A stretch of 64,000 nt of DNA from a virus, in IMG/VR virus record IMGVR_UViG_3300026533_000002, positions 54,977-118,976 of that record; one strand, written 5' to 3'. This document shows, piece by piece, positions 48,822 through 59,496 of the stretch; position 1 is the first letter of the stretch; every line of letters starts with the position of its first letter. The notes beneath the pieces are model-generated. The model searched no databases, was not told where the DNA came from, and was given only the letters and a program-made list of their open reading frames with translations. A program made the translations under genes and the position numbers.

Positions 48822-51374
48822 ATGGCTGCTAGGGATTTAATAAACATACTCCAAGAAGTTACAGGTTCTGAGTTTGACGGTAGTGGGGATGCTACTAATG
48901 GTATCTACTACGATATAACTAAGAAGACTACTGATGATGACGGTACAGAAAGACTAGGTAATGGTATATATGGCTCTATTCAGAAAGCTAATACTGAAAT
49001 AACTAAAATGTATGAAGTAGTAGAGAAAGCTGCAGAACAACTTACTGATGTTGGTGAATTTGTAGATCAGACTGATAAGATAGAAGTATTAGAAGAGTTC
49101 AAAACTAAGGTAGAAGGTATTCATTTTGATACTAATGAACCTACTGGTTATATTAGAGAACAAATAGGTACAGTTGGTATATTAGAAGTTACTACTGATG
49201 GCGAGAACATTCATAAGATAGGAGCTAAAGGTCAAGGAGAGTATGAATACATTAATAGTGATAAGTTCTACAATGGTGATACTATAGTAGGTGTAGATGA
49301 GGATTACTTTGTAGCTAGATTAACTCCTAAAGTAGATGGCGAAGACTCCTATGGTAAAGGTGTGCTACAATACTATGTTGAAGGTGTTAAATTCACTAGG
49401 ACTGAGCATCTGGAAGTTAGAATACCTAAAACTACAGGTATGCATTTCTTATATTTAGAGAAAGATGGTACTTTACATACTTCTACTATATTACATCATG
49501 ATATGTTTGATGGTCCTGAACCTCATTACTTTGAAGATACTCCTATTACTGCTGTAATGTACTACAATGCGGACCAAAGTAAACTAGCTATGTTAGGCGA
49601 TGAACGTCATGGTATAACTATGGATGGCTATACTCACTTCTTTTGGCATGTTCTATTTGGGACACAGTATGCTGGAGGTATGGGAATTGTTGTTAATATA
49701 GATGATAATACTCATGGACAAATACAGTCAGGTAGTTTATATGATGAAGATTTATATATGCCGTTACCTTCTCAAACTGAAGCACCTATCTTCTATAGTG
49801 AAGGTAAAGATTGGTTCTCCCAAGAAGGGCATGGTACTAATGACCTGTTTATGAAAGTAGATGGAGATGACTACATATCGTATAATAAGTATAACACTGA
49901 TGATGAGACTTACTCATTAGTTCAGCTAGCTGAAGATGAGTTTACTCTTATGTTCTTTGTAGCTACTAATAATGCTATTAGTCCTTATATTAAGTTAATT
50001 GGGCAACAAGTTTATACTGATATAGGCGATGGTAGAGACTCTATAGAGACTGAAATAACACTAGCAAAAACTAGAGTATTACCTACTCCAGAGTTTCTAT
50101 TTATAGGAGCTATACTTGTTGACTCTGCTGGAAAGGCTCAGGACTTGATAGATGGAGGAGCTTACTTAGATTTAAGAAGAGCTAAGTTATCTGGTAGCTC
50201 TGTTACTAGTGCAGCTACTTCAGTTGCGGCTGATGTAACATACTCTAATAATAACTCTACGCTTACTACTACTACAGTTAAGGGTGCATTAGATGAACTA
50301 GATAATAGAGCTTCTAAAGACTTTAGGTACAAAGGAGCTGTAGAAGTTGCTGATGATGATGTAAACTTACAAGATGTACAGGATGTATTTAAAATAGGTG
50401 ATTCCTTTAGGTTTAAGAGAACTGGTTCTGGTAAACTACTAGTTAATGGTACAGAGTATATAGTGACTAATGATTCTATATTCATGTGTACTGTATTTAG
50501 AGCTGATCCTGCTGACTTAGTAGTTGAGGATTTACTAATTACCTTAGACATGTCTAAAATGGTACCATCTACAGAAGGTGCTTCAGAAAGTGACCTATTA
50601 TCACTAGATGCGGACTTAAATCTAGTGTGGACTAGTCCAGAGGAATCAAGCACTGATAATGAAGCTGTTAGAGATATAGTTGGAGATGCTTTAGTAGGCG
50701 GTACTAACATTACTATTACTGTAGATGACGATAATGACACTATTACTGTTGATAATGACTTAGTAGTTGGTGATGGAGGACTTACAGAGTTCAACTTAAC
50801 AGCTGCAAGAAAAGATAAAGTAGACTATCTTACAGTAACAGAAGCTACAGATTTAGATGAGATTAGAACTAGAGTAGTGGAATTAGATCAAGCTGTTGTA
50901 CTTAAAGGTGAATGGGATGCTAGTGCAGGAACTTTCCCTGACAGTACAAAAGCTGGTCAATCATGGTCTGTAAGTGTTGAAGGTACTGTAGATGATGTAG
51001 AGTTTAAAACAGGTGATAGAGTTGCTGCTATTGTAGATAACGCTGCTACAGATACTTATTTAGATAACTGGATTAAATTAGACTATAGTGATAGAGTTAC
51101 TTCAGTTGGCGGTTTAATTGGAGATGTTACTAAAGAAGACTTGAACTTAGTCATTGGTACTGATATACAAGCTTACGATGTTAATACAGTTGTTGATGAG
51201 AACTACGTAGCTACTGAGAATAGCTTTACTACTGTATTAAAAGATAAGTTAACTGATGATGTATCTGATAAGCTACAAACTATTGATACTACTACTATTT
51301 ATGATGATTCTAATACTGAAACTAATTATAAGTTATACGTAGAAGATGGTAAAATAGTACTTGAGGAGTTATAA
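48822..51374 (+). CDS. tail fibre/appendage protein
   Basis: Acidic 850 aa; KGEWDAS, VTSVGG, EAVRDIVG..GTNITITVDD repeat. Confidence 0.7.
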   Translation: MAARDLINILQEVTGSEFDGSGDATNGIYYDITKKTTDDDGTERLGNGIYGSIQKANTEITKMYEVVEKAAEQLTDVGEFVDQTDKIEVLEEFKTKVEGIHFDTNEPTGYIREQIGTVGILEVTTDGENIHKIGAKGQGEYEYINSDKFYNGDTIVGVDEDYFVARLTPKVDGEDSYGKGVLQYYVEGVKFTRTEHLEVRIPKTTGMHFLYLEKDGTLHTSTILHHDMFDGPEPHYFEDTPITAVMYYNADQSKLAMLGDERHGITMDGYTHFFWHVLFGTQYAGGMGIVVNIDDNTHGQIQSGSLYDEDLYMPLPSQTEAPIFYSEGKDWFSQEGHGTNDLFMKVDGDDYISYNKYNTDDETYSLVQLAEDEFTLMFFVATNNAISPYIKLIGQQVYTDIGDGRDSIETEITLAKTRVLPTPEFLFIGAILVDSAGKAQDLIDGGAYLDLRRAKLSGSSVTSAATSVAADVTYSNNNSTLTTTTVKGALDELDNRASKDFRYKGAVEVADDDVNLQDVQDVFKIGDSFRFKRTGSGKLLVNGTEYIVTNDSIFMCTVFRADPADLVVEDLLITLDMSKMVPSTEGASESDLLSLDADLNLVWTSPEESSTDNEAVRDIVGDALVGGTNITITVDDDNDTITVDNDLVVGDGGLTEFNLTAARKDKVDYLTVTEATDLDEIRTRVVELDQAVVLKGEWDASAGTFPDSTKAGQSWSVSVEGTVDDVEFKTGDRVAAIVDNAATDTYLDNWIKLDYSDRVTSVGGLIGDVTKEDLNLVIGTDIQAYDVNTVVDENYVATENSFTTVLKDKLTDDVSDKLQTIDTTTIYDDSNTETNYKLYVEDGKIVLEEL

Positions 51375-52438
51375 TGGGAACTAAGACATTTATTGCTAGT
51401 GAGAGCTTTGTATTAAATAATATTGAGGATGTACTAACATCAACAGCAACTGATAAATCACTATCAGCTGCTAAAGGTAAAGAGTTGAATGACAAGATAC
51501 CTAGTTCTGTGGAGGACTTAGGTAATACATCAATGACTGATATAGCAGATGGTGACTTACTATCTTGGGATAATGCTAATAGTCAGTGGATTAATAAATC
51601 CCCTGAAGAAGCTAGTACAGATGATGAAGCAGTTCGTGATATTATAGGTACTGCTATGGATGCAGGCACAAATATAACAGTAACTGTAGATGATGATAAT
51701 GATAAAATCACTATAGGTACTGATCTTGTGGATTTAACAGTAGATGGCGCAGGCACTGTACATGCTAACAACTACACTGATACAACTTATGCTGACGCTA
51801 CTACAGATGTAGCAGGTCTTATGAGTACAGCTCACTTCGATAAAGTAGAAGGAGTTGAAGCAGAGGCTAACAAGTATGTGCACCCAGATGCTAAGCATAT
51901 ACCAGCTGACGGAGCTGCTGATCAGATATTAGCATTCGATAGTGCAGGTACTGCTAAATGGATTGACCCAGCAGCAACTGGAGAGGATAATGTTCAGGTA
52001 GATTGGGCAGAAACTGATGATACACTAGATAGTTACATTAAAAATAAGCCTACAGATTTAGTGGTGGATGCTGACCTCGGTGTTACAGTTCAAGAGTACG
52101 ATGCTGACACTACTAAGAATGATATAGCTAATACATTCACAGCAGCACAGAGAGGCACTATTACGGCATTATCTGACGATACTGTTGCTTTAGACTTTAG
52201 AACTACTAATAGCTATAGTGTCACACTAACAGCTGATGCTGATATAACATTAGGTACAGATGGTACTTTAGGATGTACAGGTCAAGGAGGAATGCTTACA
52301 GTCACTGCTGCTGAGCATATTACTGGATGGGGTACTGAGTTTAAATGGAAGAATGAGCCAACTGATTTATCTGGTGTTGAAAGATTCAGTTACTTCATAG
52401 AGGCAGAAGATACTATTGCTATTGGAGTAGTTAGATGA
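51374..52438 (+). CDS. tail fibre-like protein
   Basis: LTST..LSA..GK.L, AGLMS, ANKYVHP, NVQ.DW, NTFTAAQR; shares EAVRDI..GTNIT repeat with upstream gene. Confidence 0.7.
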   Translation: MGTKTFIASESFVLNNIEDVLTSTATDKSLSAAKGKELNDKIPSSVEDLGNTSMTDIADGDLLSWDNANSQWINKSPEEASTDDEAVRDIIGTAMDAGTNITVTVDDDNDKITIGTDLVDLTVDGAGTVHANNYTDTTYADATTDVAGLMSTAHFDKVEGVEAEANKYVHPDAKHIPADGAADQILAFDSAGTAKWIDPAATGEDNVQVDWAETDDTLDSYIKNKPTDLVVDADLGVTVQEYDADTTKNDIANTFTAAQRGTITALSDDTVALDFRTTNSYSVTLTADADITLGTDGTLGCTGQGGMLTVTAAEHITGWGTEFKWKNEPTDLSGVERFSYFIEAEDTIAIGVVR

Positions 52439-54387
52439 ATTTAGTACATGGTATGAGTGGTATGATGGGAGGATGCGGCTTACTACCAGGTCCTTGTGCT
52501 ACGCCTGAACAGTCTATAGTTAATTCTACAGACCCTTTTGGTGATGGTAGCTTGGTAGCTAAGTATTTGCTAGATGGCGATGCTACTGATCTATGTGGTA
52601 ACTATGACGGTGCAGAGAATGGAGGTGTAAGTTATGATATTGGTAGATTTGACCAATGTCTCTCCTTTGATGATGATGGAGAGAATGTAAGCTTTACTAC
52701 GCCTATAATGTCTGAGTGTACATACAGTACTTGGTCATATAATTCCTATGGTGGCGTTGAAACGGTTTACTTCATAGAAGATGCTGACAATAGAGGTGTT
52801 ATAGTTGCGCTTAAAGACGCTACAACTTTGCAAAATGGGTCGATAAAAATTGATGGGAGCTGGGTTGAGGGAGATGACATAACAATAGATGATATTACAG
52901 ACACATGGGTAAATGTTGTGACATCTATTGTAGGAGATACTAAGCATACATATATAAATGGTAAACTAGTCAATGTTACTTCAAATAATCTAGTGCCTAA
53001 TAGGCTAATAAATCCTGACTGTTTTATAGGAGATTCAGAGTATATTGATGGTGATGGGCTAATCGATCAAGTAGAAATCTACAATAGAGCCTTAAACCCT
53101 CAAGAAGTACAAATACTATACACTCAGTCAAAGTATTGCAGTGACCCAACTCAAGCTATATCAGGTTTAGTAGCTCACTATCCACTTGATGGAACAGCAG
53201 AAGATTTAACTGGTAACTATAATGGAACTGAAAATGGTGTGACTTATGTAGAAAGTGAGATGGGAATTGCTGGAAGTTTTGGTACTTCTGACGACCACAC
53301 TAAAATTACTATAGATATTCCAACATCAGGGTTACAAGAAATTACCATATCGTTCTTAGCTAAACCGAATTCAACAGAAATATGTGCATTAGGTAATTCC
53401 GAAGGCTCATCAATTTTTGAAATAAGAACGAATGGGCTATACGATAACGATATGATTGGTGATGATGTCCGATGTTGGGATAAGAGTCAGATAGACATTG
53501 AAGACAACTCTTGGTCACATATAGTGATGGTTTATAAGTCAGGAGACAATTCTATTACTATAAACAATGAAGTAGTTGCGAGTAATACTACTGAGTTTAC
53601 TGAGATTTTTTCAAATATTAATAAAATTGGTCAGGCATACAGTGGTAATGATGACTACTATATGGATGGTCAAATCAAAAATGTTCGTATCTACAACAGA
53701 GCATTGACAGCAGAAGAAATCAAGACAATTTATGATTATGAGAAAATAACTAGGAATATAGTTATAGACAGAGGTTTAGTAGCTTACTACCCTTTAAAGA
53801 ACAGTAGTGAAGATCATTGGGTTAGTCAGTATGATGGTGCAGATAACGGCGATGTTAGTTACGATGGTCAGAGTGCTTCGTTTGATGGTGATGGAGATTA
53901 CGTAGGTACTGGATTTGACGGTCTCAAGCTCGACGAATCATATTCGGCTAGTTGTTGGGTGAATAGTATTGATGTTGATAATAGTGCCTCTTTCTTAGGT
54001 ACCACTAGAAACGGCTCAAGAGGAGGGTTTGTACTAGAAAGTTCTGAAAGAGATGAGCCAGGAAGGTGTAAAGTTATAATTACTGATACTGATAGTAGTG
54101 CAGTTATCAGTGATGATAGTGCTACAAATATAACGGATGGAAATTGGTACTGCATAGCTTACACTTGGGACGCTAGCAACAAAGTAGGGAATGTATTTAT
54201 TAATACAGTAAAAGAAATAACTGTAACAACTGATAGTGTGTATGACCAATCTGATACTGAGTGGAGAGTAGTGACAAACGGTACAAATTTTGCCGGTAAT
54301 GTATCTAATTTTCGTTTATACAATAGGTTATTAAGCCAAGAAGAAATCACAACAATCTACGAAACGGAGAAAAAGGAATTTGAATAA
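52435..54387 (+). CDS. receptor-binding protein with three LamG/ConA-like domains
   Basis: Three LVAxYxL...YNRAL/YNRLL...EI..IY units. Confidence 0.8.
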   Translation: MNLVHGMSGMMGGCGLLPGPCATPEQSIVNSTDPFGDGSLVAKYLLDGDATDLCGNYDGAENGGVSYDIGRFDQCLSFDDDGENVSFTTPIMSECTYSTWSYNSYGGVETVYFIEDADNRGVIVALKDATTLQNGSIKIDGSWVEGDDITIDDITDTWVNVVTSIVGDTKHTYINGKLVNVTSNNLVPNRLINPDCFIGDSEYIDGDGLIDQVEIYNRALNPQEVQILYTQSKYCSDPTQAISGLVAHYPLDGTAEDLTGNYNGTENGVTYVESEMGIAGSFGTSDDHTKITIDIPTSGLQEITISFLAKPNSTEICALGNSEGSSIFEIRTNGLYDNDMIGDDVRCWDKSQIDIEDNSWSHIVMVYKSGDNSITINNEVVASNTTEFTEIFSNINKIGQAYSGNDDYYMDGQIKNVRIYNRALTAEEIKTIYDYEKITRNIVIDRGLVAYYPLKNSSEDHWVSQYDGADNGDVSYDGQSASFDGDGDYVGTGFDGLKLDESYSASCWVNSIDVDNSASFLGTTRNGSRGGFVLESSERDEPGRCKVIITDTDSSAVISDDSATNITDGNWYCIAYTWDASNKVGNVFINTVKEITVTTDSVYDQSDTEWRVVTNGTNFAGNVSNFRLYNRLLSQEEITTIYETEKKEFE

Positions 54388-55061
54388 TGAAAATGTTTAA
54401 TAAAAATACAAGCAAAGTAGAAGAACTGCCTAAGCTTATAAATATAAGTGGTGTAAATAAATATAGTTCTAAGCTTTCACAAGAACAACTAGCCGAGTTA
54501 GGTTACTTTAAAATAATTAAAGAATCTAAACCTAGTAGAGAATACTATACATCTAAAGAAGTAGGTAAGGTAGTTGATGGTGTTTATAAAGTAACTTATG
54601 AAGTTACTGAAAAGTCCCTAGATTCAGTCAAAGCAGGACTATTAAAAGTTATAAAGGAATCCTTTAATAAAGCCTTAGTTCGTCCTGAAGTCCCTACCTC
54701 TCTAGGATACTCTGTGGATGGTGGTTTAGATGACCTACAACGCTTTCAAATAGGAGCTGAGCTAGATGTACCTATTATCAAGGATGTTGATGGTATGGTG
54801 CATGAGATTGACTCTGAAGGTTATACTACTGTATTGTCTGAGATTAAACAGTATGGTTTAAAGCTTTACCAGTTAAAGTGGAGTAGAGAGGCCGAGGTAT
54901 TAGCCTTAGAATCAGTAGTAGATTGTATACTGTTTAGAAAGACACCTTATGAGGTAGAGCAGCTGGTAGTAGATAATGAAGGTGAAGCTATCCTAGATGA
55001 GGATGGTAATGAACAGTTTGAAACTGTAACTAAATATAGAGATAACTGTAAAGATATCTAA
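54387..55061 (+). CDS. tail fibre assembly protein (DUF4376-like)
   Basis: VDGG, IKD.DG..H, LY..KW. Confidence 0.6.
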   Translation: MKMFNKNTSKVEELPKLINISGVNKYSSKLSQEQLAELGYFKIIKESKPSREYYTSKEVGKVVDGVYKVTYEVTEKSLDSVKAGLLKVIKESFNKALVRPEVPTSLGYSVDGGLDDLQRFQIGAELDVPIIKDVDGMVHEIDSEGYTTVLSEIKQYGLKLYQLKWSREAEVLALESVVDCILFRKTPYEVEQLVVDNEGEAILDEDGNEQFETVTKYRDNCKDI

Positions 55062-55075
55062 TAAGGATTGAGTAA

Positions 55076-55306
55076 ATGGTTAAACTGAATGATGGTATAT
55101 TTCATCCTATGTACAACCCTAATGGGTGGAGAAGACCTAAGGACAACAAATACTGGCATACTACAACTGAAGTAATAGGAAATAGTAAGGATTGTTTTGA
55201 TAAGAGTATAATGCTTCTATCAGATGGTTCAACTGCAACCTCAGGAAGACCTGATGGTAACTACTTAACTTATGGTAGTGGAACTAATGTAGTGGAGTGG
55301 AATTAA
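55076..55306 (+). CDS. small hypothetical protein
   Basis: AAGGA RBS. Confidence 0.5.
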   Translation: MVKLNDGIFHPMYNPNGWRRPKDNKYWHTTTEVIGNSKDCFDKSIMLLSDGSTATSGRPDGNYLTYGSGTNVVEWN

Positions 55307-56571
55307 TGGGATTCATAAATAAGATTAATACAGATGATACTAAGGATAGTCAACTAGACTCTGGTGAGTTGGCATTAGATGTATTTGAAGATGCTAATGA
55401 AGTATATGTTGGGTACGAGAATGCTGACGGTGATAAGTTTAACCTAATGGTTAATGCTGATAAGGCTAGAAGACTTAAAACACCTAGAAAGATATACCTC
55501 CAAGGTGAGGTAGTAGGTAATGTAGAGACAACATTTGAAGCTGATGCTGTGATGGATGTAGAACTATCTGGTACAGTACATAAGAAGTTAACAGTAGATA
55601 GTGCTGATAATGCTGATAACATTATCATGCTACATGATAATGAAATAGAGTATTGGTCGAATAGAAATGCTAATGACAGCTCTACTGGTTACTTGAGAAC
55701 TAATTACGGAGATGATAATGTAACTTTTGACATGAGTTTCTTTAATAAAGATAATGAGTTAGCGGCTCAAGGTTTAAGGCTGCATAAAGGAGGATCGCTA
55801 ACATACAGAGACAAGGTAATTATGAATGGGTTTGGTGTTGTAGGCAACTCTGAAGCAATTTCTATCTTCATTGACTACGAGAATGGTTCTGATGTTGATG
55901 GTGATGGTACAGAGGAGAATCCTTTTAAGACTATGGTAAAAGGGGCTAGTACAGTAGAGAACATAGATATTATAGCTATACTACTACTTAGCAATAATGC
56001 AACTCATGTTAACAATGAGCGAATAATAGTACGTACAACTAACCTTATTATTAAGACCTGGTATACAGATGGGAGCAGTAATGCTCAAGTACAGTTTAAC
56101 TCATATGCAGATGACGATTACTCTTATTTCTACAATGTAAGGACTAATGCACTTGGATCTGTAAGATTTAAATACTTGGACTTTGTGGGGTTAAGTAAAA
56201 CTGATGGTAAAGACTTTAAGTTAAATAGTTGTGGTGCAGGTTTGATCTGCCAAGATTCAGGCTCTATAGCAGCTACAGTAGAGTTCTGTACTATTGACCT
56301 TAAAGGTCTTGATAACTCAACTATAGTCATGGCTTTTCAATACGGTACTGCTATTAAACAGATTAGTATAGCTTATTGTGATATAGAGATAGGCGATACG
56401 GAGTCTATCTACTTAATAACTAACAGACACTCACACGCGTCTATAGCTTATGCTGAGAATGGGTGTAACCTAGATGACGGTGCGAAAGCTCGCCGCATTA
56501 GTGGAGTGCTTCGCAATGCTGATGGTACACCTATTAATATAATATCTAATATAAACTTCAGCGATGAGTAA
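55297..56571 (+). CDS. tail fibre/spike protein
   Basis: A.RL.TPR.I.L.G.V.G, ID.ENGSD..DGT..NPFKT. Confidence 0.7.
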   Translation: MELMGFINKINTDDTKDSQLDSGELALDVFEDANEVYVGYENADGDKFNLMVNADKARRLKTPRKIYLQGEVVGNVETTFEADAVMDVELSGTVHKKLTVDSADNADNIIMLHDNEIEYWSNRNANDSSTGYLRTNYGDDNVTFDMSFFNKDNELAAQGLRLHKGGSLTYRDKVIMNGFGVVGNSEAISIFIDYENGSDVDGDGTEENPFKTMVKGASTVENIDIIAILLLSNNATHVNNERIIVRTTNLIIKTWYTDGSSNAQVQFNSYADDDYSYFYNVRTNALGSVRFKYLDFVGLSKTDGKDFKLNSCGAGLICQDSGSIAATVEFCTIDLKGLDNSTIVMAFQYGTAIKQISIAYCDIEIGDTESIYLITNRHSHASIAYAENGCNLDDGAKARRISGVLRNADGTPINIISNINFSDE

Positions 56572-56580
56572 AGGGCAATA

Positions 56581-57036
56581 ATGGTTACAATAAAAACATT
56601 AAAGATAGGCGGTTTGGTTCACGACCATTTTACCTATAAGTATGAAGACGAGAATGGTGTAGAAGTTACTACTTTGACAGAAGATTTAGATGAGTTTAAA
56701 GTCTTAGCCTCAGACACTGTAAAGTGGAAGGCTGGGAGTACTGTTAAGAAGAATGCAGGTAGTGCTAGAGACCTGACAGTTGTAAATGCTAAAGCTATCG
56801 TATTACTAGCTAAGTTGCTTAACACAATAGCAGATGTGGATGTATTATCAGATAAAGAGAAAGTAGCTTTCAATAGTATGCTTACATTAGCAGACAATGG
56901 TTATGCTGACTCTGACTCTTTAGTTAGTACTACTGCTAAGGTAAATACTGAAGTAGGTAAAGTAGGTGATAACTTAAAAGCAATTACTGGCTCTGAGAGT
57001 ATAGATGAAGTGATTGCTATCCTTAACAGTTTATGA
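56581..57036 (+). CDS. putative fibre chaperone
   Basis: Helical; follows fibre gene; ends A.SIDEV. Confidence 0.5.
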   Translation: MVTIKTLKIGGLVHDHFTYKYEDENGVEVTTLTEDLDEFKVLASDTVKWKAGSTVKKNAGSARDLTVVNAKAIVLLAKLLNTIADVDVLSDKEKVAFNSMLTLADNGYADSDSLVSTTAKVNTEVGKVGDNLKAITGSESIDEVIAILNSL

Positions 57037-57509
57037 TGTATCTAGCGTTCTATGGCAATAGTTATGGTGGTGTGTTAAATAAACTAGTAAGGTGGTGGAC
57101 ATCACCATTAAGTTACAAATTTAATAACAAGTGGAGTAAGACTTTCTCTCATGTAGAGATTGTATTCTCTGATGGTATGATGTTTAGCGCTAGTCAGTAC
57201 GAGAACAATGTCAGGTTTAAGAAGCATAGTTTTACTGGTAAAGCCTGGGTAAGATATAATCTATGCATCAACTCAGCCGATGAAGCTAGGATACGGGAGT
57301 CTTGTAATGAGCTAGTTAAGATAGATACAAAGTACGATTATTTAGGTATACTTGGGTTTGTATTGCCTTTTAATACACAGGATAAGAATAAGGAATTCTG
57401 TAGTGAAGTTTGTACAATGGAGTTATTGCCTTATGTTAAAGAGTTAAGTTCTCTTACACCTTATAAGACTTCTCCTAACACTATGGCATTTGCTTTAGGT
57501 ATCTTATAA
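57033..57509 (+). CDS. permuted papain-like (YiiX/NlpC) amidase
   Basis: FSHVEIV, YDYLG, FCSE, SPN. Confidence 0.8.
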   Translation: MMYLAFYGNSYGGVLNKLVRWWTSPLSYKFNNKWSKTFSHVEIVFSDGMMFSASQYENNVRFKKHSFTGKAWVRYNLCINSADEARIRESCNELVKIDTKYDYLGILGFVLPFNTQDKNKEFCSEVCTMELLPYVKELSSLTPYKTSPNTMAFALGIL

Positions 57510-57551
57510 GTACTTAACTGGTTGTTAAGTTAATTTAATAAAGGAGGAATA

Positions 57552-57797
57552 ATGGTAGAGATAGACATTGAGGAAGATGTTAGGGACCACTACTTTATGT
57601 ATGTGGCTAAGTACGGTGACTTTGTATTGAAGAATGTATCTATAGTTCAGAATCATAGGGAATACCCTATTAGCGTAATCATTAAAGATAAGCTATGGAT
57701 AATCGACAGATATAGCTCTATGATGTTTAGTGAGAAGACAAGTGTTACTTTCAAACCATCTAGAGGATACAGATCTGTATCGGTAGGTGCTGAATGA
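57552..57797 (+). CDS. small hypothetical protein
   Basis: AAGGAGG RBS. Confidence 0.55.
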   Translation: MVEIDIEEDVRDHYFMYVAKYGDFVLKNVSIVQNHREYPISVIIKDKLWIIDRYSSMMFSEKTSVTFKPSRGYRSVSVGAE

Positions 57798-58042
57798 TAT
57801 TAGCATTGAATAATACTATGAAGATGGTATCTACTGGGGGTGCTCCTGCTGAAGTATGGAAGTCATTTACAGCTGATGGAGATACTACAGATTTTGATTG
57901 TAAAGAAGCATTGAATTATGCTATAGTTATAGTTAATGGTATTACCCTATCAACAGATGATTATTCAAAGGATGACACTTTAATTAAGTTTGAAGAAGCT
58001 CCTGATAAAGATTCTGCAATAAGAGTATTGATTTCGGTATAA
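57794..58042 (+). CDS. small beta-rich structural protein
   Basis: FTADG.TTDF, VNG, DY, F.EAP; resembles next gene. Confidence 0.6.
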   Translation: MILALNNTMKMVSTGGAPAEVWKSFTADGDTTDFDCKEALNYAIVIVNGITLSTDDYSKDDTLIKFEEAPDKDSAIRVLISV

Positions 58043-58101
58043 TATCTACAATGAGCGGAACCTCACTAAACTAATTTTATAACCCCTATAAGGAGTTTAT
58101 T

Positions 58102-58371
58102 ATGGCATCAAGTGCTTTTAGTAACGCGATGAAAGTCGCACAAATGGAAAGAATGTTACCACCGGTTGAGTTTGACCTAACAGAAGATACTCAGAACTTT
58201 GACTTAGGTGATGTTGATTTAACAACTGCTACTCGTATCGAAGTTGTACTTAATGGTACTGTTTTAGAAGATGGTGACTGGTCTGTTAATACTGATGATA
58301 ATACAACAGTAGATATGATTGAAGCTATTCCAGCAGATAATGAGATTAACTTTAAAATCTTCGTTAAATAG
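58102..58371 (+). CDS. small beta-rich structural protein
   Basis: V.LNG, DW, EAIP. Confidence 0.6.
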   Translation: MASSAFSNAMKVAQMERMLPPVEFDLTEDTQNFDLGDVDLTTATRIEVVLNGTVLEDGDWSVNTDDNTTVDMIEAIPADNEINFKIFVK

Positions 58372-58393
58372 TTAACCCTTTTGGAGGTGTAAG

Positions 58394-58609
58394 ATGGGTA
58401 GTTCATCTTTCGATAATGCCTTAGGTGTAGGTAACTTTGGTGATAGACAAGAGGAAGATAATGAGTATGTTGAGACACATACTCTTATCAAGGAGTTGGA
58501 GATAGCTTATAAACTTGCTATTGATGAAACTGCTGCTAATCTAGGTATTATGCAGTTTAGAACAACAGCTGATGCAACACAGATATTAATACTAGGTGTT
58601 AACCTATGA
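58394..58609 (+). CDS. small hypothetical protein
   Basis: GGAGG RBS; N-terminus resembles preceding gene (SSxFxNA). Confidence 0.5.
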   Translation: MGSSSFDNALGVGNFGDRQEEDNEYVETHTLIKELEIAYKLAIDETAANLGIMQFRTTADATQILILGVNL

Positions 58610-58992
58610 GACCTATAACAATATTAAGAAGTACATCTCAAGATGAGATAAAAGCCCTCTATTCAAATACATATAGCAAATCTAAGTACAAAAATGTTGG
58701 TGTTTTAGTTTTAGGTGTTAATGATGGTACAGAGTTTGAGGTAGGTACACAAGATGAAGTAAAAGCACACTACGGTTTATACTCTTTAATCAGAGCGGCG
58801 AACAGCAACGGTGTAATGATTTCAGGTTTGAATGATGAGATTAGAGTTACTACTACTGCTATCTTAAAAGATGGTAGTGTTAAAGAAGAAGTAGTTGTAA
58901 TACCAAGAACTGAAATTGTAAATCTACCTGAGACTATAACAAGTCTTAGTAATGAAGTAGATACTTATAGTTTTAGTTTTAAATTTATGTAA
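58606..58992 (+). CDS. hypothetical protein
   Basis: Operonic. Confidence 0.55.
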   Translation: MRPITILRSTSQDEIKALYSNTYSKSKYKNVGVLVLGVNDGTEFEVGTQDEVKAHYGLYSLIRAANSNGVMISGLNDEIRVTTTAILKDGSVKEEVVVIPRTEIVNLPETITSLSNEVDTYSFSFKFM

Positions 58993-59001
58993 GGGTAGTC
59001 A

Positions 59002-59496
59002 ATGACGGTGAATAAGAGGACAAAAGAGAGTGTAATAACAAAGATGTACACTTCCCAAATGGAGTCATCTGCTAAAAGAGGACATGCCAACCCTACATAT
59101 TCACGGAAGTGGTTCAAATCTTGGTTGTTCTCTAACCCTGAGTTTCATAGGTTGTACGATATATGGGTACTAAATAGGTACGAAAAATCCTTAATACCTT
59201 CGGTAGATAGGTTAGATGACTACCTTGGGTATACAGAGTACAATATAAGACTCACTACTTGGGGAGAGAATAATAAGAAAGGTAACTATGACAGGAGAAA
59301 TGGTATTAATAATAAAGTAAATAATGCTGTTATGCAGTTTACTAAGGAACTGGAGTTTGTTACCGAGCATCATTCAGTTAGGGAAGCTGAGAGGGTTACT
59401 GGCATATCTAATGCTAATATCTGTAAAGTGTGTGTAGGTAAGAGAAAAAGTGCAGGTGGTTACATCTGGAAATATAGAAATACAAAGGATATATAG
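59002..59496 (+). CDS. HNH-like homing endonuclease with NUMOD1 domain
   Basis: PSVDRLD..GY..NI; S.REAER.TGI...I..VC.GKRKSAGGYIW. Confidence 0.8.
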   Translation: MTVNKRTKESVITKMYTSQMESSAKRGHANPTYSRKWFKSWLFSNPEFHRLYDIWVLNRYEKSLIPSVDRLDDYLGYTEYNIRLTTWGENNKKGNYDRRNGINNKVNNAVMQFTKELEFVTEHHSVREAERVTGISNANICKVCVGKRKSAGGYIWKYRNTKDI

